This document shows, piece after piece, positions 28,733 to 39,460 of a stretch of 64,000 nt of DNA. Position numbers and translations under genes: made by a program. Source of the DNA: Candidatus Woesearchaeota archaeon (GTDB lineage Archaea > Nanobdellota > Nanobdellia > Woesearchaeales > 21-14-0-10-32-9). Numbering within the stretch: position 1 is the first letter of the stretch; every line of letters begins with the position of its first letter. The stretch is from the NCBI GenBank assembly GCA_021736975.1, contig JAIPET010000001.1:26147-90146 (forward strand). The letters run 5' to 3'. The notes under the pieces are model-generated. The model did no database searches. It saw only the letters and a program-made list of their open reading frames with translations, and was not told the DNA's origin.

Positions 28733-31402
28733 ATGGCATATGAAATAAAAAACAATGAAATTGCATGGGCTCCAGCAGTTGAAAATATCAACAGAGGATT
28801 TAGAGTCTTTGGCGTGAGTTCTGATGATAGTATGAAAGTTCTAACATATCAAGACATGACTTTACATGTACCTAATGGAGGTAATATTTGGATCAACGAC
28901 ATTAGACGAACATGGTTGACCAGTCTCCAAGATAATTTCGAAAATGGCATAACTGAATGGGAATCAGGAGATGACACAACAACAAGTGAAGAAAACTCAA
29001 TAGTTCAGAGTGGTACAAAATCATTGAAGTTAAGCTGGAATCATGATGGATCTACTCAATTTGCAAACAGAGTTCAAAAACTGTATAATGTTATTGATTT
29101 TAAGTACAGAAATAAATTAATTTTCCATTTCTACCCTGTCGCCAATCTCGAAGATAAATTATACATTAAGTACAAAAACAACGACAATGAATTCATTTTA
29201 GCAGAGGTTCTTCCACAAGACGTTACGGCAGGACAATGGAATAAAATAGAAATAGATTTACCTCCGACAGATGTTCAAAAGAATAAATTCCAAGCATTAA
29301 TTTTTGAATTCGATGGTTTACAATGGAGTACTGGAACACATGAGTTCTATATTGATGAGGTTTCTTTTGATACGCTCATTGATATTGTAGAAGCAGATCC
29401 TAACGACGAAAGAAAAGACATTATTACTATGGGGGAAGATGGCAAAATAGAGTTAATTACAGGAACTCCTCAAAGTCAGAACCCTGTTGAACCACCTGAT
29501 CTTCCAGCAGATAGATGTTGTCTTGCTATCATAACAGTTCCTGCTGGATCAACTCAAATAACTGCTGGACAAATTTTTGATACAAGAGTACCAAATACTT
29601 TTGCAGTTAATGCTGATAAAACTAAAAACGAATTAACGACAATAAAGAATGAAATAGTACAATTGGCATTAACAGATATTGAACAAAACGCACTTCTCAA
29701 TCTTCCTAGTGAGATTCCATTTAGCAATATGGTTGTTGAAAAGTTCTGGGATAGAGATGGTCTCAACAATACTGTTGAAACAGTGAATGAAGGAGAAAAC
29801 ATGCATGGTTATTATGAAGCATTAGATGCACCTAGAGGGCAAATCAATGTAAGTGGTTTGCCTGACATTTCAGGAATGGGTGGTACTGGGTGGGCAGAAG
29901 CCACATGGAGAACACGAGCTTACTATTGGAGGGGGAAAGTGTGGACTTGGATGCATAGCACTTCTGTTTATAACGAGATTGGTTGGGGGATTGCATCAAT
30001 TAATCCTGTAACTGGTGAAAAAATATTTGCAAATATTTGGACTGATGATTGGCAACTAGATCCTAATGATACCAATCCAAACGGCTCAAGAGAATTTAGT
30101 TACTACAAACAGAATAGTACTCAATGGTGTGCTCATCCTAAAGATTGGACTCATGACGAGGATTATTTGTATGTTCCTGTGTATGTCTCATCCATTCGTA
30201 TTGGGTACTATTCAAGTCAAGTAATTATTTTGGCTATAGATGAAGATGGAAATGTTGTGAGAACTATTCAGGCAGAAGAAACAAACGGTCCTTATCATGA
30301 TTGGTATGCTGTTCATCAGTTTCAGTATGATGTAAATCTAAAATCATTTCTGATTTATCATAGTGGGAGACGTTACACTGATTGGGGTCATCATAATGTG
30401 CCTGTTATGTATGATAAAAATTGGAATTCTGTTTTTGTAGGTAATATGCAAGACACAAATTATTATCCTTATTTGTGGGCATATATTCCAGATAATCAGT
30501 ACTTGTATCAACTGTCATGGTATAATGTATCTGGCAACTACAGGATTTATGCATATAGGTGGAGAATTGTAAAAAAAACAAATGGTGATCTTGATATAAC
30601 CTATCAAGGAGGATATACTCAAGGAAATCATACTAACACATTTGGGAGGCCTTTTTGGTATAATCAAACAGTGATATGTAATCAGAAAGATAGAATTTGG
30701 ATGTGTTATAGGGATGCTGAATATCATTTGCGTTGTTTATATATTGAAGCAGGTACTAACGATGACTGGTGGGAGAATTATAACCTAGGAGATAATCCTC
30801 TTGATAGAGGACTAGTTATGGAGTCATCTGTAGAGTCAACTCAAACTAATGGACTTCCTTATGTCTCTTATGCGGTAGCGTATGGTAGTGACACTGCTTT
30901 TTATGGATACGGTGATAAAACGTACAAACTTGAAGGTGGAAAAGGTATTCCTGGAGAAGTAGTTGCAGCTGGATCTTTTGCAGGTAGAAGAGGAGTGAGT
31001 GCAGTGGGTAAAACATCATTAGCGTTTTGGGACACTACAAATGATGCTTTTTACATTGCAGACTATTCTAATGCATTAACTGGAAGGGAGCAGACAGGAT
31101 TTGATATGACAACAAAAACTTTCAACTTTGAAAATGTTAAAGGGTTGTATATTACTGCAAAAGTTGCTGGGAGAGGGACTTCAGATCTATTGTCCATGAT
31201 TAAGGTTGATGTGCTGGATAACTTAGGAACTCCTATAACAGGTCTAACTAATTTGAGTGTTGATACTTATCATGTGATTCCTGTTGAACTTCAACCAATA
31301 GATCAGTTTAAGTTAAGGTTTCATTTTACGCCTGATGGAACTAAAAATATTCTTGCACAATTCCACGAATATGGTGTATTCGTAGATAATGAGGTGGTCT
31401 AA
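28733..31402 (+). CDS. tail fibre / receptor-binding protein
   Basis: 889 aa, very Trp/Tyr/Asn-rich C-terminal part, distal position in the tail module. Confidence 0.5.
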   Translation: MAYEIKNNEIAWAPAVENINRGFRVFGVSSDDSMKVLTYQDMTLHVPNGGNIWINDIRRTWLTSLQDNFENGITEWESGDDTTTSEENSIVQSGTKSLKLSWNHDGSTQFANRVQKLYNVIDFKYRNKLIFHFYPVANLEDKLYIKYKNNDNEFILAEVLPQDVTAGQWNKIEIDLPPTDVQKNKFQALIFEFDGLQWSTGTHEFYIDEVSFDTLIDIVEADPNDERKDIITMGEDGKIELITGTPQSQNPVEPPDLPADRCCLAIITVPAGSTQITAGQIFDTRVPNTFAVNADKTKNELTTIKNEIVQLALTDIEQNALLNLPSEIPFSNMVVEKFWDRDGLNNTVETVNEGENMHGYYEALDAPRGQINVSGLPDISGMGGTGWAEATWRTRAYYWRGKVWTWMHSTSVYNEIGWGIASINPVTGEKIFANIWTDDWQLDPNDTNPNGSREFSYYKQNSTQWCAHPKDWTHDEDYLYVPVYVSSIRIGYYSSQVIILAIDEDGNVVRTIQAEETNGPYHDWYAVHQFQYDVNLKSFLIYHSGRRYTDWGHHNVPVMYDKNWNSVFVGNMQDTNYYPYLWAYIPDNQYLYQLSWYNVSGNYRIYAYRWRIVKKTNGDLDITYQGGYTQGNHTNTFGRPFWYNQTVICNQKDRIWMCYRDAEYHLRCLYIEAGTNDDWWENYNLGDNPLDRGLVMESSVESTQTNGLPYVSYAVAYGSDTAFYGYGDKTYKLEGGKGIPGEVVAAGSFAGRRGVSAVGKTSLAFWDTTNDAFYIADYSNALTGREQTGFDMTTKTFNFENVKGLYITAKVAGRGTSDLLSMIKVDVLDNLGTPITGLTNLSVDTYHVIPVELQPIDQFKLRFHFTPDGTKNILAQFHEYGVFVDNEVV

Positions 31403-31567
31403 AGATGAGGATTTATAGAAAAAGACAGTCAAAAGCACAAATGATTCAAGCAAAAGCTAGACTCATGGCTCAAAAATCAGAGTATGTTCTTGGGTCTCCT
31501 GAGGAAATCCAATGTCAATCTATGATTGATAGATATGATGAGTTGATCGGAGCATAGTGAGGGAAAA

Positions 31568-32086
31568 ATGAATGAAGAAATTAAGTTTGATGAAGAAATG
31601 GTTATACAAGGTCAATGGACTCAAGATCAATTGGATCTTATGAAATCATTAATGGATCAGATTAACAAGGTAATGTCAGAAAGATTTCCGGGATTAGCAG
31701 ATCATGTTTCAATAAAATATGATTTACCTGACGAAGGAATTGGAGCAAAGTTTACTGCTAACTTTAATGTTGACGAAATTATGTATTTGGGAGATATGAA
31801 TCAAATACATAATTTAGAAGTATTCAAAGAACATCCTAAGGATTCTGAGAAATCTCTTAGAGCATTGTTTAATGATATGGCAGTATTGACATATTACCAA
31901 TTGCTACAAAAAGCAATCACAAGTGCATTAGGTTATGTTACTAAACGAGCTGAAGAAGAAGGGATGCATGATCAAGGGAGATTCTTTGTGAAAAGAAAGA
32001 AAGTTATTCCTTTGCCATTTATTCCAGAGGATGTTGTGTTGATGCATCCTAACACAATTAAGAATCTAAAAAGAGATGGAAGGTGA
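31568..32086 (+). CDS. hypothetical protein
   Basis: 172-aa ORF. Confidence 0.3.
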   Translation: MNEEIKFDEEMVIQGQWTQDQLDLMKSLMDQINKVMSERFPGLADHVSIKYDLPDEGIGAKFTANFNVDEIMYLGDMNQIHNLEVFKEHPKDSEKSLRALFNDMAVLTYYQLLQKAITSALGYVTKRAEEEGMHDQGRFFVKRKKVIPLPFIPEDVVLMHPNTIKNLKRDGR

Positions 32087-32450
32087 TCATATGAATTCAA
32101 AAGACCAAATAATCATATTGAATAAAGTACTTAAGGAAGTGCAGGAAGAGGATGACTCTTCGCTACCACTTTTATTTAATTTTAGCGTGAGAAATGAAGC
32201 AGGTAAGTTCACACATACAATTAATGCCAAAGTAGCATTAGAAGCGAGTTATGTGGGTGACAATACATTATCTAGTGCTATTCGAGAACAGAATCTTGAA
32301 GAAGTAAAGAGCATCTTGAGATCTGCGTATCAATATCTTTCAGATAACATCAACAAAAAACTTTCTTCCTTGGCAACCAAAAAAGTAAAGGAAAAGAAAA
32401 AAGAGATTGTAGAGGAGACTAAGGAAGAAGATGGCGTCTCCGAAGCTTAA
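32076..32450 (+). CDS. hypothetical protein
   Basis: 124-aa ORF. Confidence 0.3.
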   Translation: MEGDHMNSKDQIIILNKVLKEVQEEDDSSLPLLFNFSVRNEAGKFTHTINAKVALEASYVGDNTLSSAIREQNLEEVKSILRSAYQYLSDNINKKLSSLATKKVKEKKKEIVEETKEEDGVSEA

Positions 32451-32757
32451 TGGCAAACATGGCGAGATGATCACCCAGATGTATGGAAAGATCGGGGTGC
32501 TGATCAACGATGTTGCTAATATAAAAGATAGTCAAAAAGAGATGAAGTTAGATATATCTAAGATCAATGATAATATTACCGATCTAAAAGTGAATACTAA
32601 AGGTTACTCTGAAAAAATCAAAGCTGTTTCTGATGATATTAATGAACACAAAAAAGAGCATGATAAAATGTTTGGAAAGGTGCTAGGGATCATTGGAGTG
32701 ATCACAACAGTTATTTCTTTATTTGTCTCTATTATATTTAATTTCTTTAAGCGCTGA
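32431..32757 (+). CDS. membrane-anchored coiled-coil protein (holin-like candidate)
   Basis: C-terminal TM segment GIIGVITTVISLFVSIIFNFF. Confidence 0.3.
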   Translation: MASPKLNGKHGEMITQMYGKIGVLINDVANIKDSQKEMKLDISKINDNITDLKVNTKGYSEKIKAVSDDINEHKKEHDKMFGKVLGIIGVITTVISLFVSIIFNFFKR

Positions 32758-32799
32758 AACAGAATATTTATTAAATGTTTATTGTTCTGATGATTCAAT

Positions 32800-33564
32800 A
32801 TGGGAGACTTGATGGAAAGAAAAGAGCCAGATAAAAAGCATCTGAATTTATTTGATGAAATGGCTGTAAGGATGAAAGAAGTAATCAAAGATTCAGATAT
32901 GCCTCAACCTGTAAGCAATGGAGAATCTAGCGCCTATCTTAATCTCTTCAAATACTGGAATGATTTCTTAATTAAGGGCAAACTTCCATCATATAGCTGG
33001 ATAATTAGTAATATTTTCAGGGCAAGTGACCTAGGCGGAGCTTCCATTTTCATGGGTTGTAAAGAACTCGCTATTTTCCAGTTTTATTCTAAAGAATTTA
33101 TGGACTTTTTAGCTAAATCGATTAAAGACATAGGTGCTAATAAGATCATCGAAATAGGGGCAGGAGATGGGCTTCTAAGCCACTTTCTACAGCAAAAGGG
33201 AATAGATATCATTCCAACAGATAATCACAGTAGAGAGGACATAAATCATCCTAAAAGTGTTGAGAAACTAAGCCATAAAGAAGCTCTAGAAAAGCATAAT
33301 CCTGAAATAGTTTTAATCAGCTGGGAAGAGCTGGGATATGATTATGCAATTGACGTTCTAAAGTATCATTCAGTAAAATGTATTGTTTGGATAGGGGAGT
33401 ATAAAGGTGGTTGTACAGGTAGTGAAAAGCTGTGGAATTATGAAAATAAAGATACTGACAATCCATTCTGCCTTGCTAGAACTGATAACTGTATGTTTGG
33501 AGAAAATGTTCACAAACACACAGGAGTTTGGATCTTTTATCCAAAAAAATCTACTTTAGAATAA
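32800..33564 (+). CDS. class I SAM-dependent methyltransferase
   Basis: Motif I IIEIGAGDGLL. Confidence 0.5.
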   Translation: MGDLMERKEPDKKHLNLFDEMAVRMKEVIKDSDMPQPVSNGESSAYLNLFKYWNDFLIKGKLPSYSWIISNIFRASDLGGASIFMGCKELAIFQFYSKEFMDFLAKSIKDIGANKIIEIGAGDGLLSHFLQQKGIDIIPTDNHSREDINHPKSVEKLSHKEALEKHNPEIVLISWEELGYDYAIDVLKYHSVKCIVWIGEYKGGCTGSEKLWNYENKDTDNPFCLARTDNCMFGENVHKHTGVWIFYPKKSTLE

Positions 33565-33623
33565 ACTTAAAATAAACATACATACCTAGAATTGGCAATG
33601 CAGGGATTAAATATTCCATTATA

Positions 33624-33872
33624 TCAACCATGCAGTATGTATTCACAAAGTCTTCTTAATTGACCTGCTTTGATCTCTATCTTTTCAGTTGCATCAGAAT
33701 AATCTAATTTTTCTTCCCATGTTCGAGCAACTCTTTTTACATAGTCTCTCTCATGTTTTTCTTTGCTTAGATGTTTTCGATCACTGAATCTTCCCTTTTT
33801 GTCTCGTCTTTTTGATTTCATATGTATAACCTTGATTACATTAATCCAAAGAATCTCTTTATCTTTTGCCAC
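33624..33872 (-). CDS. hypothetical basic protein
   Basis: 82-aa ORF. Confidence 0.3.
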   Translation of the reverse strand: MAKDKEILWINVIKVIHMKSKRRDKKGRFSDRKHLSKEKHERDYVKRVARTWEEKLDYSDATEKIEIKAGQLRRLCEYILHG

Positions 33873-33905
33873 AGAGTAAATTTAACTTCTATCTTGTGGG
33901 GGCTT

Positions 33906-34133
33906 TTAATTCTTTGAAGTGTTCTCTTTTTGGTAGTTTTCTTTTTTGTTTTTGCCATGAGTTCTTCCTCCTATTCTTTGGTTGATTTCATGATTTAAGA
34001 AATTTCTAAATGCGATAATATCTTTAGTTCTATGATTGACTTTGTACTTCATGCCAATTCGTTTCATATCGATAAGTTCCTTTAGACTAACAACGAGTCC
34101 TCCCTTAGACGATACTTTCATTTGTTGATCCAT
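33906..34133 (-). CDS. hypothetical protein
   Basis: 75-aa ORF, overlaps the next start. Confidence 0.3.
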   Translation of the reverse strand: MDQQMKVSSKGGLVVSLKELIDMKRIGMKYKVNHRTKDIIAFRNFLNHEINQRIGGRTHGKNKKENYQKENTSKN

Positions 34134-35188
34134 TATGCAATAACCTCCACAACAGATTCATTTTTTGATTGATTAAGAGTATATTCTTTCTCAACAAGTA
34201 TCCCTTTACCTTTAATATGAGGAAGAATCCAAATCTTTTTCCCAGCATTAACTCCATATCTTTCTGCTTTAAGAGTTCTAAAATGACCTCTAACCCAAAA
34301 ACGATGAGAATAAGCTACATCATTCAATGTTGGATCAATAGAATTAATATATTTTTTCAACGTATCGCTTATCTTAATTACTGCTCTTATTGGTAATGGT
34401 GCTTTTCCTTTTTTAACTCGTTTAATATTTTGTTCTTCAGTAGGTTTTATTTCTGTGTATGAAACAGAGGGGTCATTAAGAAAATTAAGAAAATTCTTTA
34501 ATAAAATCCTTAGTTGTTTTCTAATTTTTCTTTCAAGTAAAGGTTTTTTGTAATCTGATTTATTTGATTTTAATATAAACCAATCATTTATAATAAAATT
34601 TGATTCATAATTCCATCCAAAATAATGACATTCAATATCAAAATTATCGCCTATATGCCCTATTTCTCTAAAACAAATTCCTTGAATTTGAACATTATCT
34701 ATTTTTATTGAAGTATCAAGAAAAACACTTAGAAAAGGAAGTCTAGGATTATTTACTGAAGATTTAGTTAGCATTAATAAATTCAAAATTTTACTGTCTA
34801 TTTGAAATGATTTTGACATTAACATATAAGGTAAAAACTTGATTGATCTTTTGTGAATTCCAGCAAGTTCAGAAGGAAGCATATTCGCTGAATGAACCAT
34901 TGTAGTCATAAACTCAACATTTTTTAAATAGCAATTCCCATCAGAAAACATTTCATTAAAATCTCTATTTTTCGGAACGAAATTTGTAATAAGAGAATGT
35001 GTTTTCTTTGAAGTTTCTATAAGTGAATTAAATTCTTCATCTTCAGGAAATCTATCATTTTTGTAAATAAAATAATGATAATAAAATGCATTCAAACTTT
35101 CACCGAGTTTTTTTAACATTATTTTTACCTCTTCTTTGTTTTCTTTTTGTAATGGATAAGAAAGACTTGTTTTAATCCTTCTTCCCAC
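34133..35188 (-). CDS. hypothetical protein
   Basis: 351-aa ORF, no motif. Confidence 0.35.
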   Translation of the reverse strand: MGRRIKTSLSYPLQKENKEEVKIMLKKLGESLNAFYYHYFIYKNDRFPEDEEFNSLIETSKKTHSLITNFVPKNRDFNEMFSDGNCYLKNVEFMTTMVHSANMLPSELAGIHKRSIKFLPYMLMSKSFQIDSKILNLLMLTKSSVNNPRLPFLSVFLDTSIKIDNVQIQGICFREIGHIGDNFDIECHYFGWNYESNFIINDWFILKSNKSDYKKPLLERKIRKQLRILLKNFLNFLNDPSVSYTEIKPTEEQNIKRVKKGKAPLPIRAVIKISDTLKKYINSIDPTLNDVAYSHRFWVRGHFRTLKAERYGVNAGKKIWILPHIKGKGILVEKEYTLNQSKNESVVEVIA

Positions 35189-35290
35189 ATTATGTAGAGT
35201 TGTCCAAGTATCTTAGACACTACATATAGTGTCCAAATTATTACTGCACTAAGACCCATTGTCTTAATGAGTAATGCAACAAGGAGAATC

Positions 35291-35689
35291 TCAAGCAGTA
35301 GGTTCATTTTCTTTTTCCTGATCCTCTTCAGATGTCTCTGTTGTTACCTTTACTTCAGAAGTTGTTTCAGGTTCTGCAGGTGTTGATTCTTCAGTACTTG
35401 GCTGTACTTCTTCATTTACTGCATCTTCTTCTGAGAAGTTCTTTTCTAAAACTTCAATCTTTCCCTGAAGAGTTTTGATTTCATGGTCTTTTGAAGCAAT
35501 CAAGTCTTTCAATTCTGAAAGAGTTTTTGTAACATCAGACTTGAATTCCATGAATGATGTCTTTACTTCAACTATTGTTTTTTCTAATCCATTAATTTTT
35601 TCAATTTGTTCCATTTGTATTCCTCCTTTCTCTCTGCCATTTTGGCAGACATTGTTTATGAAAGCGTAATTGTTGATCACCATGACCAA
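35291..35689 (-). CDS. coiled-coil acidic protein
   Basis: Heptad-like segment and an E/T-rich acidic tail. Confidence 0.3.
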   Translation of the reverse strand: MVMVINNYAFINNVCQNGREKGGIQMEQIEKINGLEKTIVEVKTSFMEFKSDVTKTLSELKDLIASKDHEIKTLQGKIEVLEKNFSEEDAVNEEVQPSTEESTPAEPETTSEVKVTTETSEEDQEKENEPTA

Positions 35690-35748
35690 TTAATAGGCCT
35701 GGATTCTCAACTGTTTGATTCATTGGTTTCTTACAGTAATGACATGAG

Positions 35749-35958
35749 TTATTTGATTGCATAGGCTTTTATCGTCCCCACTTTTGTGGATTTTACATTG
35801 CTATATTCTTCTTCAATTTCTGTTAGAAGTTTGCTTGTTAGATTCCAGCTTCTATTGATGCTCATAGCTATCTCTCGAGCAGACTTAGGATTATACGTAA
35901 TGCATTTTATGATCTGCTCTTTGATTCTATTCCTAGTTTCCTCATTTATTTTGCTCAT
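35749..35958 (-). CDS. small wHTH DNA-binding protein
   Basis: 69 aa; SAREIAMSINRSWNLTSKLL helix-turn-helix. Confidence 0.4.
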   Translation of the reverse strand: MSKINEETRNRIKEQIIKCITYNPKSAREIAMSINRSWNLTSKLLTEIEEEYSNVKSTKVGTIKAYAIK

Positions 35959-36066
35959 AATGTTTCACCAAAGGAAAATATTTTCATAAATAGAAATGAG
36001 TATTTTTTTCTTTATATTATTTCAGCAGACACGATGTCTTATTATATAAGAAGAAGAAATAAAAGA

Positions 36067-37161
36067 TTATTTTAAATCAATATTGACTTCGATTAACTTA
36101 TTTATGTCATCAACAATGCTGTTTTTTATTTTACTAAGCTTAGAAATCTTATTAGCAATATCTTTTTGTTTTTTAAAATCCAAATGTTTATCTTTATCAA
36201 CAGGAATCTTAATTTCTATGTCTTTGATTCTTCCCTTACCTGCTTTATGACCAAAACCAAATTTTTTCTTTGAAAATTCTTTTTCTATTTCATATTTTAG
36301 AAAATCAATTGATAATAGTTCTTTATATTTTTCATAAATTATTAAAGGTATTACTTTTTCAGATAACGAAAATCTTCCTTGTCTAAAATGAGGTTTCTCA
36401 ACAGATCCATCAATATTCCAAGTTAAACAGTCTTCAAAATATTTAATATCTTTTAGATTATCTTTCACATACCCATAATCAACAGAGTCTTTATCTTTTG
36501 ATGCACTATAAACAGGGATTGTTCCTTTATTTTTATTAATAAAATCTTTAGTAAAAAAACTTCTGTTTGTGGTGATGGATAAATCAAAGATATCACTAAT
36601 TTTTAATATTTTATACTTATTATCTGTGATAAAATTTACTTTGAGACTTTGGATTTCTTCAATTTTTGAAACCAATTCTTTCTTAATTTCTTTGATTAAG
36701 TTGTATTTTTCAATTATTTCTTTTTGTTTAGAAACATCAATCTCGTTATTTTTTTTAAGAGGAATCTTAATTTTAAATTTAGACATGTTTTTCAAAGATG
36801 ATCTTAAAGTTCTATCAAATCCATACTTTTTTTTGTTTTCCTCCAATTGATATAATATATATTCTGGTAAAATCTTATCTTCAATAATTTCTAAACAACC
36901 ACAGTGATCGGTAGGCATGAATTTAATACCTTTTTTTATATGATTAAAATCAAAATTGCCATCTATCCCCCATATAATAAATTCTTTATCAAAATTCTTA
37001 ATGATTGTTTTATCTGTAAAACCCATTGATTGAAAAACATTAGCACTGATTACAGGGATGTCTTTATTCGATTGAAATATATCTTTTCTAAGAACTCTCT
37101 TTCCAAGAAACATTTTAAAATAATTCTTATCATTTAAGGTAGTTTCTTTGTAAGATGCCAT
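36067..37161 (-). CDS. hsdS: type I restriction-modification specificity subunit (HsdS-like)
   Basis: Two repeated target-recognition-like halves (IPVISANVF... / IPVYSASKD...); immediately downstream of the N6-MTase with overlapping stop/start. Confidence 0.55.
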   Translation of the reverse strand: MASYKETTLNDKNYFKMFLGKRVLRKDIFQSNKDIPVISANVFQSMGFTDKTIIKNFDKEFIIWGIDGNFDFNHIKKGIKFMPTDHCGCLEIIEDKILPEYILYQLEENKKKYGFDRTLRSSLKNMSKFKIKIPLKKNNEIDVSKQKEIIEKYNLIKEIKKELVSKIEEIQSLKVNFITDNKYKILKISDIFDLSITTNRSFFTKDFINKNKGTIPVYSASKDKDSVDYGYVKDNLKDIKYFEDCLTWNIDGSVEKPHFRQGRFSLSEKVIPLIIYEKYKELLSIDFLKYEIEKEFSKKKFGFGHKAGKGRIKDIEIKIPVDKDKHLDFKKQKDIANKISKLSKIKNSIVDDINKLIEVNIDLK

Positions 37162-37162
37162 T

Positions 37163-39187
37163 TTATTTCAGTAGGGATATTTGTTGTTTATATTCATCCA
37201 TTTTTTCAGAGATTGTATCAACTAATTCTAAAAACCCTTCAACATCAACTTCCTTTTCTTCTTCCTCAATTCCTAGTTTAACTTTCTCTTCGAATGACCA
37301 CCATCGATCTACAGACCAAAATTTATCAACATCATCATAGAACTTCTTAATCGGGAATATTTTGCATCTTGGATCTTTTGTTTTGAAATCTGATTTGATA
37401 TTCTTGAATTGATTAAATAGTTTAACTGCTTCCTCTAAATCATTCTCTACAATATCAAAACGATTTACATCTAATGTTTCCCCAATCTCACTTACAAGAT
37501 ATGAAAATACTGGATGATTTTGTTTATCAGAAGAATTTCTTTTTTTTGTGATTGCAAGAATATATGTTTTTTTAATTGTTGTAAAAAATGTTTTTTTAGG
37601 TAAAGAAATTATGGCATCAATAAAACATTCATTTAAAATAAATTGCCTCATCTTTTTATCATTTATTCTATTTAAGATACCATCAGGGATTACGATAAAA
37701 GCTTTCCCTCCTTTTTTCAATGATCTTACAACCCATTCCATGAATAAACCTTCAACACCAAGAGCATTAACACTATAATACTGTTTTAATTCATTATCTT
37801 TATTGATCTCATCTTTTAAATTTGAACTACCACTCGTGACATAAGGCGGATTAGTTAAAATTAGGTCAAATTCTTCTTTAACTGGATATCTTAATGTTCC
37901 AAGTATTGAATTTGTTTTAAGTTCAAAAGAATCATTAAATAACTTAGAAAATTGTGTTGTAATCTTTGGATTTCTTTTAATTAGATCAGAAAAATAAATT
38001 AGCATATTTGCTTTAGCAAGAATAATGGTTTTTTGTTCTTCTGTATCGAAACCTTTATCAAATCCCCTTATATTAATGTGTGATTCTAATTTATTGTTTT
38101 TTACTTTATAAAAATCATCTAAGTTCTTCAAAATTGGCTCAAGCAAGAATTTACCAACACCGCACGCAGGATCACAGATTGTTTTATCATAATAATTCTC
38201 TATGTCAAACATTTTAGAAACTGCTTTTACTACCTTTAATGGTGTAAAAAATTGACCCCAATTTTTCTTACTGATACTCTCTTTTAGAAAACTTTCAAAT
38301 AATTTACTCTTAAAATCATAAGAAACATTTTCTAGTTTACCATATCCTTCAAATTTATAAAGTATTTTTTTAAAGACTGTCGCGTATCCCTCAACTGCCT
38401 TTTCATCTTTACTTACAAAGATTGTACCATTTATGATTGTAGTTCCATCTTTTTTATTCATAGGAAACAATTCATACTTTATTTTAGGACGAATATTATT
38501 TGCATAATATTCTAAAACATATGAATCATTTCTTTTACTATAAAGTTTAAGTAAAGACTTAAAATCTTCAGGATCTTCCAAAATATCTAAATCGCTTAAA
38601 TACTTGAAAATAAATAACTCGACAAAAGTATAAAGACAATTCTCAGGCGTTGCACCACTAACAGACCAAATATCTTGCCATATAGATTTTGCCAAGTCAG
38701 TAGGATCTCTTTCCTTCTTAGGTTTAATTTGAGAAGTAGTTTCATCTATTGAATCATTAATCTTTATTATTAATTGTTCCAACTCATTAGAGTCCAAATC
38801 TTTAAAATTCTGATTTAATGCATTTCCTTTCTCGTCTTTTATTAATTCTCCTTTTCTTAATACATTGCACCATACTGTGTTTATAGTGTCTGTAGCAATT
38901 AATAATTTTGTTTTCAAAGATTTAGCAACTACTAATTCTTGATTGATTGCTTTTTGTCTTAACTTTTCTGTTCTAAATTCTTTAGGTGTCTTACCTTCAA
39001 TTAGAGCTATAACTTTTTTATTTTCTAAAATCAAACAATCTGGTTTTTTATTTTCAACACCTTTATATGTTCTTTTTTCTATTAAATTATTTTCTTTCAG
39101 TTGTTTAATTGTAGTAGCCCCAAGAATTTTAAATTCCCAATTAGTAAAATTCTTTTTTAATGTTTTAAGATTTAGTTCCTCGCTCAT
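37163..39187 (-). CDS. hsdM: N6-adenine DNA methyltransferase (type I HsdM-like)
   Basis: Motif I DPACGVGKFLLE and motif IV LTNPPY. Confidence 0.7.
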   Translation of the reverse strand: MSEELNLKTLKKNFTNWEFKILGATTIKQLKENNLIEKRTYKGVENKKPDCLILENKKVIALIEGKTPKEFRTEKLRQKAINQELVVAKSLKTKLLIATDTINTVWCNVLRKGELIKDEKGNALNQNFKDLDSNELEQLIIKINDSIDETTSQIKPKKERDPTDLAKSIWQDIWSVSGATPENCLYTFVELFIFKYLSDLDILEDPEDFKSLLKLYSKRNDSYVLEYYANNIRPKIKYELFPMNKKDGTTIINGTIFVSKDEKAVEGYATVFKKILYKFEGYGKLENVSYDFKSKLFESFLKESISKKNWGQFFTPLKVVKAVSKMFDIENYYDKTICDPACGVGKFLLEPILKNLDDFYKVKNNKLESHINIRGFDKGFDTEEQKTIILAKANMLIYFSDLIKRNPKITTQFSKLFNDSFELKTNSILGTLRYPVKEEFDLILTNPPYVTSGSSNLKDEINKDNELKQYYSVNALGVEGLFMEWVVRSLKKGGKAFIVIPDGILNRINDKKMRQFILNECFIDAIISLPKKTFFTTIKKTYILAITKKRNSSDKQNHPVFSYLVSEIGETLDVNRFDIVENDLEEAVKLFNQFKNIKSDFKTKDPRCKIFPIKKFYDDVDKFWSVDRWWSFEEKVKLGIEEEEKEVDVEGFLELVDTISEKMDEYKQQISLLK

Positions 39188-39423
39188 TTTTGGACTTCTC
39201 CGTTAGAGTGTTTTTTTAGATAATCATCTATTATTGGTTCTAAAACTTCCCACACATTTCTATGTCCATTTTTCTTGATAGTATATTGGAGATCAATCCA
39301 TTTACTTTTATCTCCCCTGAATGATATTGTTTTAAGCCCATTAGAATTTTGTGGAGATTTAGTTTTAGATACCATATTATTACTTGTAATAAAGATTACA
39401 TATATAAATGTTGTCATCTTCAA
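39184..39423 (-). CDS. hypothetical protein
   Basis: 79-aa ORF overlapping the hsdM start. Confidence 0.3.
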   Translation of the reverse strand: MKMTTFIYVIFITSNNMVSKTKSPQNSNGLKTISFRGDKSKWIDLQYTIKKNGHRNVWEVLEPIIDDYLKKHSNGEVQK

Positions 39424-39460
39424 AGTAATAATTATTACTTGTAATAAAGGTTACATAAAT

